Below are positions 47,551 through 56,689 of a DNA stretch of 64,000 bases, one piece after another (the first letter of the stretch is position 1; each line of letters opens with the position of its first letter). Source of the stretch: a virus; the IMG/VR virus record IMGVR_UViG_3300027734_000055, positions 10,776-74,775 of that record; one strand, 5' to 3'. Position numbers and translations under genes: made by a program. Below the pieces are notes generated by a model. That model worked only from the letters and a program-made list of their open reading frames with translations. It did no database searches and was not told where the DNA came from.

Positions 47551-47967
47551 ATGGCAGAAAAAAGAAAAATGATGGACGAGTTTAAAGCAATAAAAGATGC
47601 TCAAGTTTTAAGAGAAATGTCTGATGATCCAATAGCAGCACAACGCGCATTAAATGCAACAGCACAAACTGCTAAAGCTTTAAGAGGTATGCAAATGGGT
47701 AAAATAGAAGCCCCTATGAGCGACGATATGGGTCCATCTTCTAAAGTACCTCCTGTTAAAATGCCTGACTTAAAAACTAAAGATACAGGCGATAAAAATG
47801 AATTTGATGTTAAAGGTGAAAAAATGCCTGGATATGAAAATTCAAAACCTATGAAAAAAGGTGGCAAAGTAAAAGCTAAATGTATGGCTTCAGGTGGCAA
47901 AGTGTCCCAATTAGCAAAAGCTAATGGTATCGCTGTTCGCGGCAAGTCTAGAGGACGTATTATTTAA
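47551..47967 (+). CDS. Basic protein sharing its C-terminus with the upstream gene
   Basis: MKKGG, MASGGKVSQLAKANGIAVRGKSRGRII. Confidence 0.65.
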   Translation: MAEKRKMMDEFKAIKDAQVLREMSDDPIAAQRALNATAQTAKALRGMQMGKIEAPMSDDMGPSSKVPPVKMPDLKTKDTGDKNEFDVKGEKMPGYENSKPMKKGGKVKAKCMASGGKVSQLAKANGIAVRGKSRGRII

Positions 47968-47976
47968 GGAGCCCAT

Positions 47977-49056
47977 ATGGGTGGTGTAGTTAGTGCTATA
48001 GGAAATGCGGTAGGCAGTGTAGGTAATATAGCTTCTGGCGTTGCTGGGGCTATTCCAGGCATTGGTCCAATTGCGGGTCCAATTGTAGGGGGTCTTACAG
48101 GCGGTCCTATAGGATTTGCTTCGTCTCTTGCAAGTCAAGCGCTACAAGGTAATTATGGTGGTGGCGGAGGCGGCGGTGGAGGTTCTAGTGGTGGGATTCC
48201 TACTTATGGAACTACTGATGCCGCGGGGAATTTAGTTGCACCCCCTCCTGGTTTTAACTATGGTGCTAACACCTATACTTACGGCGATAAACCGTATGAT
48301 GCTTCTAAGTACTTTGTATCAGGTAATAAAGGGGTATACAATATTCTTCCCGAGTTAGGTAATATGTATAGCCCAGAAGCTCAAGGTGCTCAAGGGACAT
48401 CAAGTTTCAATGCATATCAAAATATATACGGCAAAATGGCGGGTGATGAATTAGCTCAAGCTAACTTACAAAAATCATTTAATCCTGGCATGTTATCAGT
48501 AGCACCAGTTAATAATACTTATACACCTATTAGCGATTTTAACCCAGCTACTACTCCATACGCAGGAGCTCAGGCAAATTTACCTGATTATTTAAAACAA
48601 GATATTCAATCTGCATATAGCGAATATCAACCACAAGCGCAAACAAGTGGATCAAGCTACTTACCTATTCAGTATGCGGACTTTGGTTTTGGTAGTGGGG
48701 ACCAAGCTTATAAATTAGCTCAATACGCAGCTCAAAATAAGAACCCTTTCTTCCAAGCTTATGCAGAGCCAACAAATACAGCAGCACCGCAGATGGCTAA
48801 CCCATTTGCTTTTGCTAGACCGCCAGAGGCACCCGCGCCTGCACCAAGTCCTTACCAACCTGTAGAAGGTGGAGCACGAAGAGGACCTGCTGAACGAGGT
48901 ATGGTACCAGCAACCACTGCATCTATGGGAACATTTAGACCTGTAGAAGCAAGTACAGCAACACCAACATCAACAGCTACAATGGGTAGACCTGAAGATT
49001 ATAAACCTGTTAATATTAGAACTGGCGGATTAGCTAGTTTAAGGAGAAAAGCATGA
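47977..49056 (+). CDS. Putative internal virion protein with Gly-rich hydrophobic N-terminus
   Basis: Starts MGGVVSAIGNAVGSVG...; ends IRTGGLASLRRKA. Confidence 0.55.
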   Translation: MGGVVSAIGNAVGSVGNIASGVAGAIPGIGPIAGPIVGGLTGGPIGFASSLASQALQGNYGGGGGGGGGSSGGIPTYGTTDAAGNLVAPPPGFNYGANTYTYGDKPYDASKYFVSGNKGVYNILPELGNMYSPEAQGAQGTSSFNAYQNIYGKMAGDELAQANLQKSFNPGMLSVAPVNNTYTPISDFNPATTPYAGAQANLPDYLKQDIQSAYSEYQPQAQTSGSSYLPIQYADFGFGSGDQAYKLAQYAAQNKNPFFQAYAEPTNTAAPQMANPFAFARPPEAPAPAPSPYQPVEGGARRGPAERGMVPATTASMGTFRPVEASTATPTSTATMGRPEDYKPVNIRTGGLASLRRKA

Positions 49057-49313
49057 GACCTTCAAGAGGCATGGGCGCTATAAAGAAAACTAAATTACCT
49101 AGTGCTGTAGAAAATAAAATGCCTAAAGGCGTAGTTAAAGCTAGACGAGATAACACAGACTTTACTCAGTTTAAAGAAGGCGGTCCTATAGGACTTTATG
49201 CAAACATGAATGCTAGAAAGAAAAAAGGTATTTCAAGACCTAAATCAAAATCTACAATTGCACCTAAAGCTTATGCAAACATGAAAGCGGGATTTCCTAA
49301 AGGGAAAAAATAA
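49053..49313 (+). CDS. Small basic protein
   Basis: RGMGAI, FKEGG and GLYANMNARKKKG motifs. Confidence 0.6.
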   Translation: MRPSRGMGAIKKTKLPSAVENKMPKGVVKARRDNTDFTQFKEGGPIGLYANMNARKKKGISRPKSKSTIAPKAYANMKAGFPKGKK

Positions 49314-50257
49314 TGGCAGACTTAACCACAGGACAGACAAGTTTTAATTTAGATTTAAATAATCTTGTTGAAGATGCATTTGAACGTTGCGGACAAGAGT
49401 TACGTACTGGATACGATTTAAGAACTGCAAGACGTTCACTAAATATTATGACAGCTGAATGGGCAAATCGTGGTCTTAATTTATGGACCATAGAACCTGG
49501 TCAAATTACAATGAATCAAAATCAAATTATGTATGCATTACCAGTAGATACAGTTGACTTGCTTGACATGGTGACACGTACTGGAACAGGACAGAACCAA
49601 CAAGACATTAATATTAACCGTATTTCTGAATCAACATATATTACAATACCTACTAAGAATGCAACGGGTAGACCTATTCAGGTTTGGATTAATAGACAAA
49701 GTGGTCAAATAAATCCTACTACAATACTTTTGGATGAAACATTAACTGCTACAGCTTCTACTGCAGCAAACCCACAAACTATTACTTTAACTTCAACTGT
49801 AGGTTTAGCACAGTTTGGTTTTGTAAATATTGGTAATGAAACTATTCAATATGGTGGTATAGACGGTAATGATATAACAGGTTGTATAAGAGCTGTTAAT
49901 AATTCTACATTAGAACCTCATGCTATTGGTGCTAAGATTTATGTAAATAATTTACCTACTGTTAATGTATGGCCCACACCTGAGCAAAGTAATTTTTACC
50001 AATTTGTATATTATAGATTAAGACGCATTCAAGACGCAGGTAACGGTGTTAACGTAGAAGATATTCCGTTTAGATTTATTCCTGCTATGGTTGCAGGAGT
50101 AGCATATTATATGAGTATGAAATTACCGGGTGTTGACCCTACTAGAATTCAAATGTTAAAAGCTGATTATGAACAACAGTTTCAATTAGCAGCTGACGAG
50201 GATAGAGAAAAGGCAAGCGTTAGGTTTGTACCTCGTGAAATGTTTTACCACGGGTAA
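49313..50257 (+). CDS. Head-tail adaptor/tail tubular A-like protein
   Basis: EDAFERCG..LRTGYDLRTARRSLN...EWANRG, WPTP and DIPFRFIPAMVAG. Confidence 0.65.
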   Translation: MADLTTGQTSFNLDLNNLVEDAFERCGQELRTGYDLRTARRSLNIMTAEWANRGLNLWTIEPGQITMNQNQIMYALPVDTVDLLDMVTRTGTGQNQQDININRISESTYITIPTKNATGRPIQVWINRQSGQINPTTILLDETLTATASTAANPQTITLTSTVGLAQFGFVNIGNETIQYGGIDGNDITGCIRAVNNSTLEPHAIGAKIYVNNLPTVNVWPTPEQSNFYQFVYYRLRRIQDAGNGVNVEDIPFRFIPAMVAGVAYYMSMKLPGVDPTRIQMLKADYEQQFQLAADEDREKASVRFVPREMFYHG

Positions 50258-50261
50258 TTAA

Positions 50262-50690
50262 ATGCCAAGTAAATACGCAAGCGCCAAGAATTCCATTGCC
50301 CAGTGTGATCGCTGTGGTTTTAGATATAAGTTAAAACAACTTAAAAGATTGGTTATAAAGACCAAAAATGTTAATATACTGGTATGTCCTGAATGTTGGG
50401 AGCCGGATCAGCCACAATTAAGTTTAGGCTTATATCCAGTTAACGATCCGCAGGCGGTTAGAAATCCAAGACCCGACTTAGGATATTACCAATCTGGTCT
50501 AAATGGATTGCAAACTATTGCTCAAACAGGTCCGTTACAAAGAGAAACAGGTGTGCCTTTATTAGGTAGCCGAGTTATTCAATGGGGATGGAATCCTGTG
50601 GGGGGTTCAAGATTAAACGATGCTGGATTAACGCCTAATGATCTAGTAGGAATAGGTAATGTAGGCACAGTAACAGTATCAACAACATAA
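50262..50690 (+). CDS. Zn-ribbon virion-module protein
   Basis: CDRCGF...VCPECWEPDQPQ. Confidence 0.6.
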   Translation: MPSKYASAKNSIAQCDRCGFRYKLKQLKRLVIKTKNVNILVCPECWEPDQPQLSLGLYPVNDPQAVRNPRPDLGYYQSGLNGLQTIAQTGPLQRETGVPLLGSRVIQWGWNPVGGSRLNDAGLTPNDLVGIGNVGTVTVSTT

Positions 50691-50700
50691 GGAGAAGTAT

Positions 50701-50895
50701 ATGGGATTCAGATCAGCAGCAGATGGTATTACTAAACAAGGTAAAACTAAAGGTCGTAACTTAGGTGACGACGGCGCTAAAGTAGCTATTCAAAATGGTC
50801 CAAAAGAATCAGGTAGCAAAGGTGGTAAAACTAATGCTGACATGAAAAAAATGGGTCGTGGTATGGCTAAAGTTGCAGCACAAAAAAAGGGGTAA
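50701..50895 (+). CDS. Small basic protein
   Basis: ADGITKQGKTKGRNL and GRGMAKVAAQKKG. Confidence 0.6.
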   Translation: MGFRSAADGITKQGKTKGRNLGDDGAKVAIQNGPKESGSKGGKTNADMKKMGRGMAKVAAQKKG

Positions 50896-50899
50896 TAAA

Positions 50900-51244
50900 A
50901 TGGCTAAAAATGACTTTCCAAAACCAACACCAGCGGAATCATTTCCACTAGGTCACGCTAAAGAAAACAAAGATGCAAGTGCCTATACAGGATTTAAATA
51001 TCCATCAGGCGGTACTGGCAGCGATATTGGCATATATAAACAACCAATGCCTAACCCAAATAGTACTGATATACATTTCAGTCAAGATCCTAATAAATTA
51101 AGATCACAGCAAATTAGTAAGCAAACAGGCGTCCAACGTGTAAGCGTGGGTGATCCTACTCGCCCTGCTAAGACTGAAGGTATTACTATTCGTGGTTGCG
51201 GCGCAGCTACTAAAGGTACTAAAGCTAGAGGTCCGATGGCGTAA
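50900..51244 (+). CDS. Small basic protein
   Basis: Likely start ATG 50900 (MAKNDF); ends RGCGAATKGTKARGPMA. Confidence 0.6.
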   Translation: MAKNDFPKPTPAESFPLGHAKENKDASAYTGFKYPSGGTGSDIGIYKQPMPNPNSTDIHFSQDPNKLRSQQISKQTGVQRVSVGDPTRPAKTEGITIRGCGAATKGTKARGPMA

Positions 51245-51879
51245 TGAACTACACGCAGCTAGTTGATGAAATACAAAGTTATGTAGAAAATACGTTTCAG
51301 ACAACGGATATAGACACGTTTATAACCCAAGCCGAACAACGTATTTATAACTCAGTGCAACTTCCTGCGCTTAGAAAGAACGTAACAGGCTCTCTTACTA
51401 CAGGTAATAAATATTTAGCTATGCCTAGTGATTGGCTTGCTACATTTAGTTTGGCAGTGATTAATGCAAATAATGAATACTTATATCTTTTAAACAAAGA
51501 TGTAAACTTTATTAGGCAGTCTTACCCAGATACAGATTCTGATTATTATGGTGAACCTGCATATTATGCGGTATTTGATAGTACTACATTTATTGTAGGA
51601 CCTACTCCAGATGCTTCGTATGCTGCGGAACTTCATTATTTTTATTATCCAGAGTCCATTACTACTGCTGGAACCTCTTGGTTAGGCGATAACTTTAGTT
51701 CTACATTGTTATATGGCTCATTATTAGAAGCTTATACCTACATGAAGGGCGAACAAGACATTATTAATCAATACCAAAAACGATATGATGAAGCTATGAT
51801 TCTATTGAAACAATTAGCTGATGGCAAAGATAGACAAGATGCTTATCGTTCAGGTCAAGTAAGGTACCCAGTTAGATGA
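51244..51879 (+). CDS. Head-tail adaptor/tail tubular protein
   Basis: FI..AEQRI, GPTPD..Y..ELHY and LLYGSL.EAY.YMKG motifs. Confidence 0.7.
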   Translation: MNYTQLVDEIQSYVENTFQTTDIDTFITQAEQRIYNSVQLPALRKNVTGSLTTGNKYLAMPSDWLATFSLAVINANNEYLYLLNKDVNFIRQSYPDTDSDYYGEPAYYAVFDSTTFIVGPTPDASYAAELHYFYYPESITTAGTSWLGDNFSSTLLYGSLLEAYTYMKGEQDIINQYQKRYDEAMILLKQLADGKDRQDAYRSGQVRYPVR

Positions 51880-52301
51880 TCTTAGGACAAGCACTGACCA
51901 CAACCTTTAAGGTAAACTTATTAAAAGGTTTAGAGAATTTTTACACGGGGTCACCTTATACATATAAAATAGCCTTGTATAATGCGGTAGCTACTTTAAA
52001 TAGCGAAACAACTGCATATACAACGCAAGACGAAATTACAGGTACTGGCTATATAGCGGGGGGTAAAGTTTTAGCTCCTACCGTAGGTAGTGATCCTAGT
52101 AATAACACGGCTTATGTTACGTTTGCTAATGTAACTTGGAGCCCTGCAAGCTTTACGACTGCTGGCGCTTTAATATATAATAGCACTACAAATGCATCAG
52201 TCGCAGTACTAAATTTTGGTGGTCAAAAAACAGCCACTACAACATTTACAATAGAATTCCCTTCAGCAACTTCAACCACTGCTGTAATACGAATTAACTA
52301 A
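51876..52301 (+). CDS. Small beta-rich virion/fibre subunit
   Basis: YKIALY...EITGTGY.AGG..L...VTF.NVTW...GALIYN...F.IEFP. Confidence 0.55.
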   Translation: MILGQALTTTFKVNLLKGLENFYTGSPYTYKIALYNAVATLNSETTAYTTQDEITGTGYIAGGKVLAPTVGSDPSNNTAYVTFANVTWSPASFTTAGALIYNSTTNASVAVLNFGGQKTATTTFTIEFPSATSTTAVIRIN

Positions 52302-52311
52302 AGGAGTAATT

Positions 52312-52908
52312 ATGAGCAACATAGACAAATTTGGAATGGGCGACTCAGTTGATGCGTCTGTGACAAGAAATGCTGGATCAAATGATGAGTTTGGTCTAAA
52401 CGGCGTCTATACATTTACATGCTACGATCAAGACGGCAATGTTAAATGGGAAGACGCATTTGAAAATTTAACAACAAACGTAGGTCGTCAAAGCTTACTA
52501 AATTCTTATTTTGCTAACACAGGTGGCGGCGCAGTTGTTATGGGTCTTATGACTAATAATGCTGTACCAGCATCTATTCCAGCTTATACAGATACACAAG
52601 CATCTCATGCTGGTTGGTTTGAAGCAGGTTCTGCAAATGCACCTACATATTCTGGTACAAGAAAAACACCAGCATTTAGTACTGCAACAAATGCTAACCC
52701 ATCAGTACTTTCTACATCAGCAGCGGTAGTATTCTCAATGACTGGTTCTGGTACTGTAACAGGTGCATTTATTAATATTGGTGGTACATCAGCGATTGAT
52801 AATACGACAGGTACATTGTTCTCTGCAGGTAACTTTACAGCAGGTTCTAAAACTGTAACATCAGGCGACACAATTAACGTAACATATACTTTATCAGCTT
52901 CGGGCTAA
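52312..52908 (+). CDS. Beta-rich virion/fibre subunit
   Basis: KWED..ENL.TNVG...GTLFSAG.F....V.SGDTINVTYT. Confidence 0.55.
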   Translation: MSNIDKFGMGDSVDASVTRNAGSNDEFGLNGVYTFTCYDQDGNVKWEDAFENLTTNVGRQSLLNSYFANTGGGAVVMGLMTNNAVPASIPAYTDTQASHAGWFEAGSANAPTYSGTRKTPAFSTATNANPSVLSTSAAVVFSMTGSGTVTGAFINIGGTSAIDNTTGTLFSAGNFTAGSKTVTSGDTINVTYTLSASG

Positions 52909-52918
52909 GGAGTCTTAA

Positions 52919-54760
52919 ATGGCTCTAGTGGTCTATGATCGAGTCCAGGAAACGACGACTACATCAGGTACGGGTTCTGTAACCTTACTTGGTGCAGTCA
53001 GCGGATTCCAATCGTTTGCTGTTGTTGGAAATAGCAATACTACCTATTACACTATTACAGATGGTGCTCAATGGGAAGTAGGTATTGGTACATATTCTAC
53101 ATCGGGTCCTACGTTAGCACGTACTACAGTATTATCTAATTCAAATGGTAATACATCGCCTATTACTTTATCAGGCGGAACAGCTCAAGTCTTTGTTACT
53201 TATACTGCTGAAAAATCAGTCAATCTAGATGCTTCTGGTAATGTTACTCCTTTAGGTACCATTGCGTCTGGCACTTGGCAAGGAACTACGGTTGGAGTTT
53301 CTTACGGCGGTACGGGTGTAACAGCTTCTTCTGGTGTTAATAGTGTCATGCTACGCGATAGCAACGCTAATACACAAATTAATAATATTATACAAGGTTG
53401 GAGCTCTACTGTTTCTGCAGGCGGAACTACAACATTAACTGTAGCTTCATCGTATTGGCAAAGACTTACAGGATCTACAACTCAAACATTTCAACTACCT
53501 GATGCTACTACATTAGTTGCGGGCACATCTTATTTATTTGATAATGACTCTAGTGGTACTTTAACCATCACTAATAATGGTGGATCAACTGTTGATGTTG
53601 TAGCTGCTGGCGGATATGCCACTGTATTCCTAGAATCTAATAGTACTTCTAATGGTACATGGGGTAGATTTGGTATGCTACCTACTGAAGTTAACTGGGG
53701 TACTTTATCAGCTGATTTAGGCGGGTCTACAATATCAAATGCGGTATGGCAAGGTACAACAATCGGTACAGGTTATGGTGGTACAGGTTTAACTAGCTAC
53801 ACTTCTGGCGGTGCTTTATATGCAACGTCAACTTCATCTTTAACTAGCGGTACTTTACCTGTTACAGCAGGTGGTACAGCAGCTACTACGTTTACAGCGA
53901 ATGGTATTTTATATGGTAATGGCACATCTGCATTAGGTGTAACAGGAGCGGGCACTACAGGACAAGTTCTTTTAGCTAATACAAGTGGCGCTCCAACATG
54001 GGGTTCAGTACCTTCTTCAGGTGCAGTTACAACATTCCAAACTTCACTTAACGGATTAACACCAAGTACAGCTACAGCGGGCGCTGTAACATTAGCAGGA
54101 ACTTTAGGTCCCGTATCAGGCGGTACAGGATTATCTGCTTATACTACAGGTGATATTATTTATGCTTCAGCTACAAACACACTATCTGCATTAGCAGATG
54201 TAGCAACAGGTAATGCTTTAATTTCAGGTGGTGTTACTACAGCTCCTTCATGGGGTAAAATTGGTTTAACTACACATGTATCAGGTACACTTCCAGTAGC
54301 TAATGGCGGTACGGGTCAAACTACATATACAGATGGTCAGCTTTTAATTGGTAACTCAACAGGTAATACATTAACTAAAGCTTCATTAACAGCGGGCACA
54401 GGTATATCAATTACTCCTGGTTCTGGCTCAATATCTATTGCGTCTACTGTAACTTCTGGCTTAACCATTACTAATGATACAACTACAGCTACAGCGTTAT
54501 ACCCAACATTTACAAGTGCTACATCAGGTTCTATATCTGGCGCTAGTGTTACAAGTACCAAACTTACGTTTGTTCCAACTACTGGTTCTTTAACAGCGCC
54601 ACAAACTGTGGCATCAAATGGTCTAGTTGTAAATAGTAATACAGTAAGCGCAAGTTATAGTATTCCAAGTGGATCAAGCGCTACAAGTACAGGTCCTATG
54701 ACTATAAGTAGTGGAGTTGCTGTGACTGTACCTACTGGATCTAGGTGGGTAGTGTTATAA
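52919..54760 (+). CDS. Tail fibre protein (GGTG repeats)
   Basis: DRVQETTTT.GTG N-terminus, repeated (L/V)..GGTG motifs, C-terminal GP.TI..G..VTVP...RWV(V/I)L. Confidence 0.75.
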   Translation: MALVVYDRVQETTTTSGTGSVTLLGAVSGFQSFAVVGNSNTTYYTITDGAQWEVGIGTYSTSGPTLARTTVLSNSNGNTSPITLSGGTAQVFVTYTAEKSVNLDASGNVTPLGTIASGTWQGTTVGVSYGGTGVTASSGVNSVMLRDSNANTQINNIIQGWSSTVSAGGTTTLTVASSYWQRLTGSTTQTFQLPDATTLVAGTSYLFDNDSSGTLTITNNGGSTVDVVAAGGYATVFLESNSTSNGTWGRFGMLPTEVNWGTLSADLGGSTISNAVWQGTTIGTGYGGTGLTSYTSGGALYATSTSSLTSGTLPVTAGGTAATTFTANGILYGNGTSALGVTGAGTTGQVLLANTSGAPTWGSVPSSGAVTTFQTSLNGLTPSTATAGAVTLAGTLGPVSGGTGLSAYTTGDIIYASATNTLSALADVATGNALISGGVTTAPSWGKIGLTTHVSGTLPVANGGTGQTTYTDGQLLIGNSTGNTLTKASLTAGTGISITPGSGSISIASTVTSGLTITNDTTTATALYPTFTSATSGSISGASVTSTKLTFVPTTGSLTAPQTVASNGLVVNSNTVSASYSIPSGSSATSTGPMTISSGVAVTVPTGSRWVVL

Positions 54761-54761
54761 C

Positions 54762-55700
54762 ATGTTTGGGCTATCGACCTTTGCCCAAGCTCCGTTTGCT
54801 TCATTAGGTGGTACAAAATATGATGTAGCTACGGATGAGAGCTTTAGTTTAAGTGACGTTTATGCTATATCAAAAGTAGATTATGCAGGATTAGTTAGTG
54901 ATTCTATAGCTTTAACAGATGATGTACCAAATCAGTTTAATTATTTTTTAACTAATGCTGAAACATTTAATTTAGATGCAGAAGGTACAGCTACCTGGAA
55001 TACCTACGCTGCTAACGATGAAAGTTTAGCTCTTACTACAGAAGAATATGGTGCATGGGGTACGAGTTCATCACTCGCTGAAACATTTAGTATAAGTGAA
55101 GCAGTATCTTCTATAGTTACATATTTAGCAGACAGCGCAGAAACTGCTACGTTAACTACGACTGAAAGTGCTGGCGCTACATTTGTAGGAACAGAAGCAG
55201 AAGCAATTACGTTAACTACAACACAAGCTGGACAAGCTGACTTTGTAGGAGTAGAAGCTGAAACAATAACGTTTACTGATACCGCCGCTGCACAAGGTGA
55301 CTTAGTAGGTGCAGTAGCTGAAAGTACTACGTTAACTGACGAAGAGTTAGGTAATGCAGATTACTTTGATTCAATCACTGAAGCATTTGCTTTATCTGAT
55401 GAATATACAGGCGGATTTACTTTCTTTACTGCAGTAGATGAAACAACAACATTTAGTGATGCTTATAGCGGTATCCGCATGGTTTATGCAACAGTAACTG
55501 ATACAACAGGATTTACAGATACATATGTAGCGGTAGGTAATTTTAACCCAACAGTAGCTGAGCTAATAACTATCATGGATATGGTTTGCGTTGCAGGCTG
55601 GTTCATAATAGATGATTCTCAAACAGCTAGCTGGGTTGATGTTAATACTGCTCAAACCGCAAATTGGGGCTCAATACCTACTACGGTACCATGTAGTTAA
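54762..55700 (+). CDS. Acidic 20-aa-repeat virion protein
   Basis: MFG...FAQAPFASL start and about 13 repeats of xxE(S/T)xx(L/F)(T/S)D; 60-nt period visible in the DNA. Confidence 0.65.
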   Translation: MFGLSTFAQAPFASLGGTKYDVATDESFSLSDVYAISKVDYAGLVSDSIALTDDVPNQFNYFLTNAETFNLDAEGTATWNTYAANDESLALTTEEYGAWGTSSSLAETFSISEAVSSIVTYLADSAETATLTTTESAGATFVGTEAEAITLTTTQAGQADFVGVEAETITFTDTAAAQGDLVGAVAESTTLTDEELGNADYFDSITEAFALSDEYTGGFTFFTAVDETTTFSDAYSGIRMVYATVTDTTGFTDTYVAVGNFNPTVAELITIMDMVCVAGWFIIDDSQTASWVDVNTAQTANWGSIPTTVPCS

Positions 55701-55732
55701 TGTATAATACAGAAATATAAAAGGACGATTTT

Positions 55733-56680
55733 ATGGCAAGTACCTATAGTGATTTAAAAATAGAACTTATCGGGACTGGTGAGCAATCAGGTACCTGGGG
55801 CACCACTACGAATACCAATTTAAGTACGGCATTAAGTGAAGCTATTACAGGCTCTGCTGATGTTGCCTTCTCAAGTGCAGACGTTACTTTAACCCTAACT
55901 AATACCAATGGAGCTCAAACTGCTCGTAATTTAAGACTTAATCTCACAGGTACTTCAGGCGGCGCTCGTAACTTAATCTTAGGTTCAGGCTGTCAAATTG
56001 AGAAATTCTATCTTATTAACAATGGCTTAGCAGACGCTGTTACAGTAAAAAATACATCAGGTACAGGTACTGCAGTTCCTGCTGGTACGGCGATGTTAGT
56101 CTTTAATAATGGCACTAACGTTGTTAATCCTCTTACTTATGTTACAGGTACTATTGTTACAAGCTCAGCTACAATCACAGGCGGTACGATTAATAATACA
56201 GCCATCGGTGGAAGTACTGCAGCAGCAGGCGCGTTTACTACATTAGCAGCTTCAGGTAATACAACTTTAACAGGTGACTTAGCCGTTAATGGAAACACTA
56301 CACTTGGTAATGCTTCATCTGATACAATAACACTTAATGCTAACACAGCAAACGTACCTAACAATTTAAACTTTAATGGTACAGGTAGCATTACGTTACC
56401 TAATGGTACAACAGGAGAAAGACCAACCCCAGTTACAGGTATGGTTCGTTATAATAGTACTGAAGGTACTTTTGAAGGATACTCAAATGGTGCTTGGGGT
56501 GCAATTGGTGGTGGTGCTACAGGTGGTGGCGGCGATCAAGTATTCTACGAAAACGAATTAACAGTAACAGCAGATTACACTTTAACAACAGCAAGAAACG
56601 CAATGTCTACAGGACCAATAACTATTGATTCAGGTATTACCGTGACAGTTCCAACAGATCAACGTTGGGTCATATTATAG
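55733..56680 (+). CDS. Tail fibre/adaptor protein
   Basis: MASTYS.LKIEL...GEQSGTWG..TN N-terminus, GTT.ERP...RYN....FEGY repeat, C-terminus paralogous to 52919..54760. Confidence 0.7.
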   Translation: MASTYSDLKIELIGTGEQSGTWGTTTNTNLSTALSEAITGSADVAFSSADVTLTLTNTNGAQTARNLRLNLTGTSGGARNLILGSGCQIEKFYLINNGLADAVTVKNTSGTGTAVPAGTAMLVFNNGTNVVNPLTYVTGTIVTSSATITGGTINNTAIGGSTAAAGAFTTLAASGNTTLTGDLAVNGNTTLGNASSDTITLNANTANVPNNLNFNGTGSITLPNGTTGERPTPVTGMVRYNSTEGTFEGYSNGAWGAIGGGATGGGGDQVFYENELTVTADYTLTTARNAMSTGPITIDSGITVTVPTDQRWVIL

Positions 56681-56689
56681 GAGAAGTAA

